A DNA stretch of 63,070 bases, filler included, from Collodictyon triciliatum (lineage: Eukaryota), in the NCBI GenBank assembly GCA_043381765.1. It is 18 parts of 18 records of this genome, joined end to end, with 100 filler letters (N's around TTAATTAATTAA, not from the genome) between each part and the next. Parts side by side here need not be neighbours in the genome. Positions count along the whole stretch, not along the records: positions 59,844 to 63,070 come from JBHJMP010007613.1; 17 more parts are not named here. One strand, given 5' to 3'. A model generated the notes under the pieces. The model ran no database searches, was not told the DNA's origin, and was given only the letters and a program-made list of their open reading frames with translations. This document shows positions 62,616 to 63,070 of the stretch, piece after piece; position 1 is the stretch's first letter; the number at the start of each line of letters is the position of its first letter. Both the position numbers and the translations under genes were made by a program.

Positions 62616-63070
62616 ATGATACCAAATAACAACGGCCATGTAAAGACCCCTACTATTGGGGATATTTCTCAGTTTTCCGAATTTGTGATCGCCAACTATC
62701 TTCATTTACTAGATAAACCTGAAAAAGGTGAAAAAGGTAAGTATATCTGCCCTAATTGCGAGGAGCCTAAACTAAGCATCAAACAATCAGGCCCAAAAAA
62801 GGGAATAGCCTACGATTGCTATGGATGCCATGAGCCTAAAAAAATCGCCTACAAATTGCGAGAATTGAATGGTGAATTCAAGAAAAAACCAGATAATTCA
62901 CCTACCCAAAAATCAAGCTTACAGAAAGACCTGTTACAGGTCAGTAAAGACCTAAAACAGTTCATCTCAGGGGAACCTGACGACGACGATCAAGATGATA
63001 AATTAAGGATAATAAAGCCAGAACATACCTTATCTCTTATCCAAGAAATCATCAAAGGGAAGGAATTAAA
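62616..63070 (+). CDS. Rep protein, N-terminal part with Zn finger (CPNC...CYGC); continues at 59844
   Basis: MIPNNNGHVK...GKYICPNCEEPKLSIK...AYDCYGCHEPK...; the joined ORF is 1509 nt, 502 aa. Confidence 0.85.
   Translation, partial: MIPNNNGHVKTPTIGDISQFSEFVIANYLHLLDKPEKGEKGKYICPNCEEPKLSIKQSGPKKGIAYDCYGCHEPKKIAYKLRELNGEFKKKPDNSPTQKSSLQKDLLQVSKDLKQFISGEPDDDDQDDKLRIIKPEHTLSLIQEIIKGKEL

Larger units (their letters stand above)
59844..63070. mobile_element. Probably complete circular ~3106 bp bacterial (cyanobacterial-type) plasmid or satellite
   Basis: 62950-63070 is identical to 59844-59964. The Rep ORF reads in frame across the junction, and the gene layout is prokaryotic. Confidence 0.85.

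Overview
This window is not a contiguous locus. It is 18 unrelated assembly contigs, mostly about 3.2-3.3 kb, joined by an artificial N..TTAATTAATTAA..N spacer. Sixteen look like an AT-rich, intron-rich, microsatellite-rich microbial eukaryote. Recognisable genes there are an alkyl-sulfatase-type metallo-beta-lactamase, a tyrosinase, a sulfotransferase, CHMP1/Did2, TRMO, a TBC Rab-GAP, SSR2, a THOC5-like gene, MFS and EamA transporters, LRR proteins and Cys-rich surface proteins. Two contigs are non-host-like. One (10013-13250) is an intronless Polinton-like-virus/virophage-type fragment with a probable double-jelly-roll major capsid protein. The other (59844-63070) is a terminally redundant, hence probably circular, ~3.1 kb cyanobacterial-style replicon whose Zn-finger+VapE Rep gene spans the junction and is followed by a mirror-symmetric 12-iteron origin. 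The host contigs also carry a decayed Fanzor2 (eukaryotic TnpB-like nuclease) with a candidate omegaRNA, and a signal-peptide-bearing 7-bladed WD40 protein with HET-E-like variable positions on a Cys-rich stalk. They also hold decayed LINE fragments and several tiny (24-64 bp) A-tailed insertions with 12-19 bp target-site duplications. All family calls come from motif recognition by eye; no database search was run.
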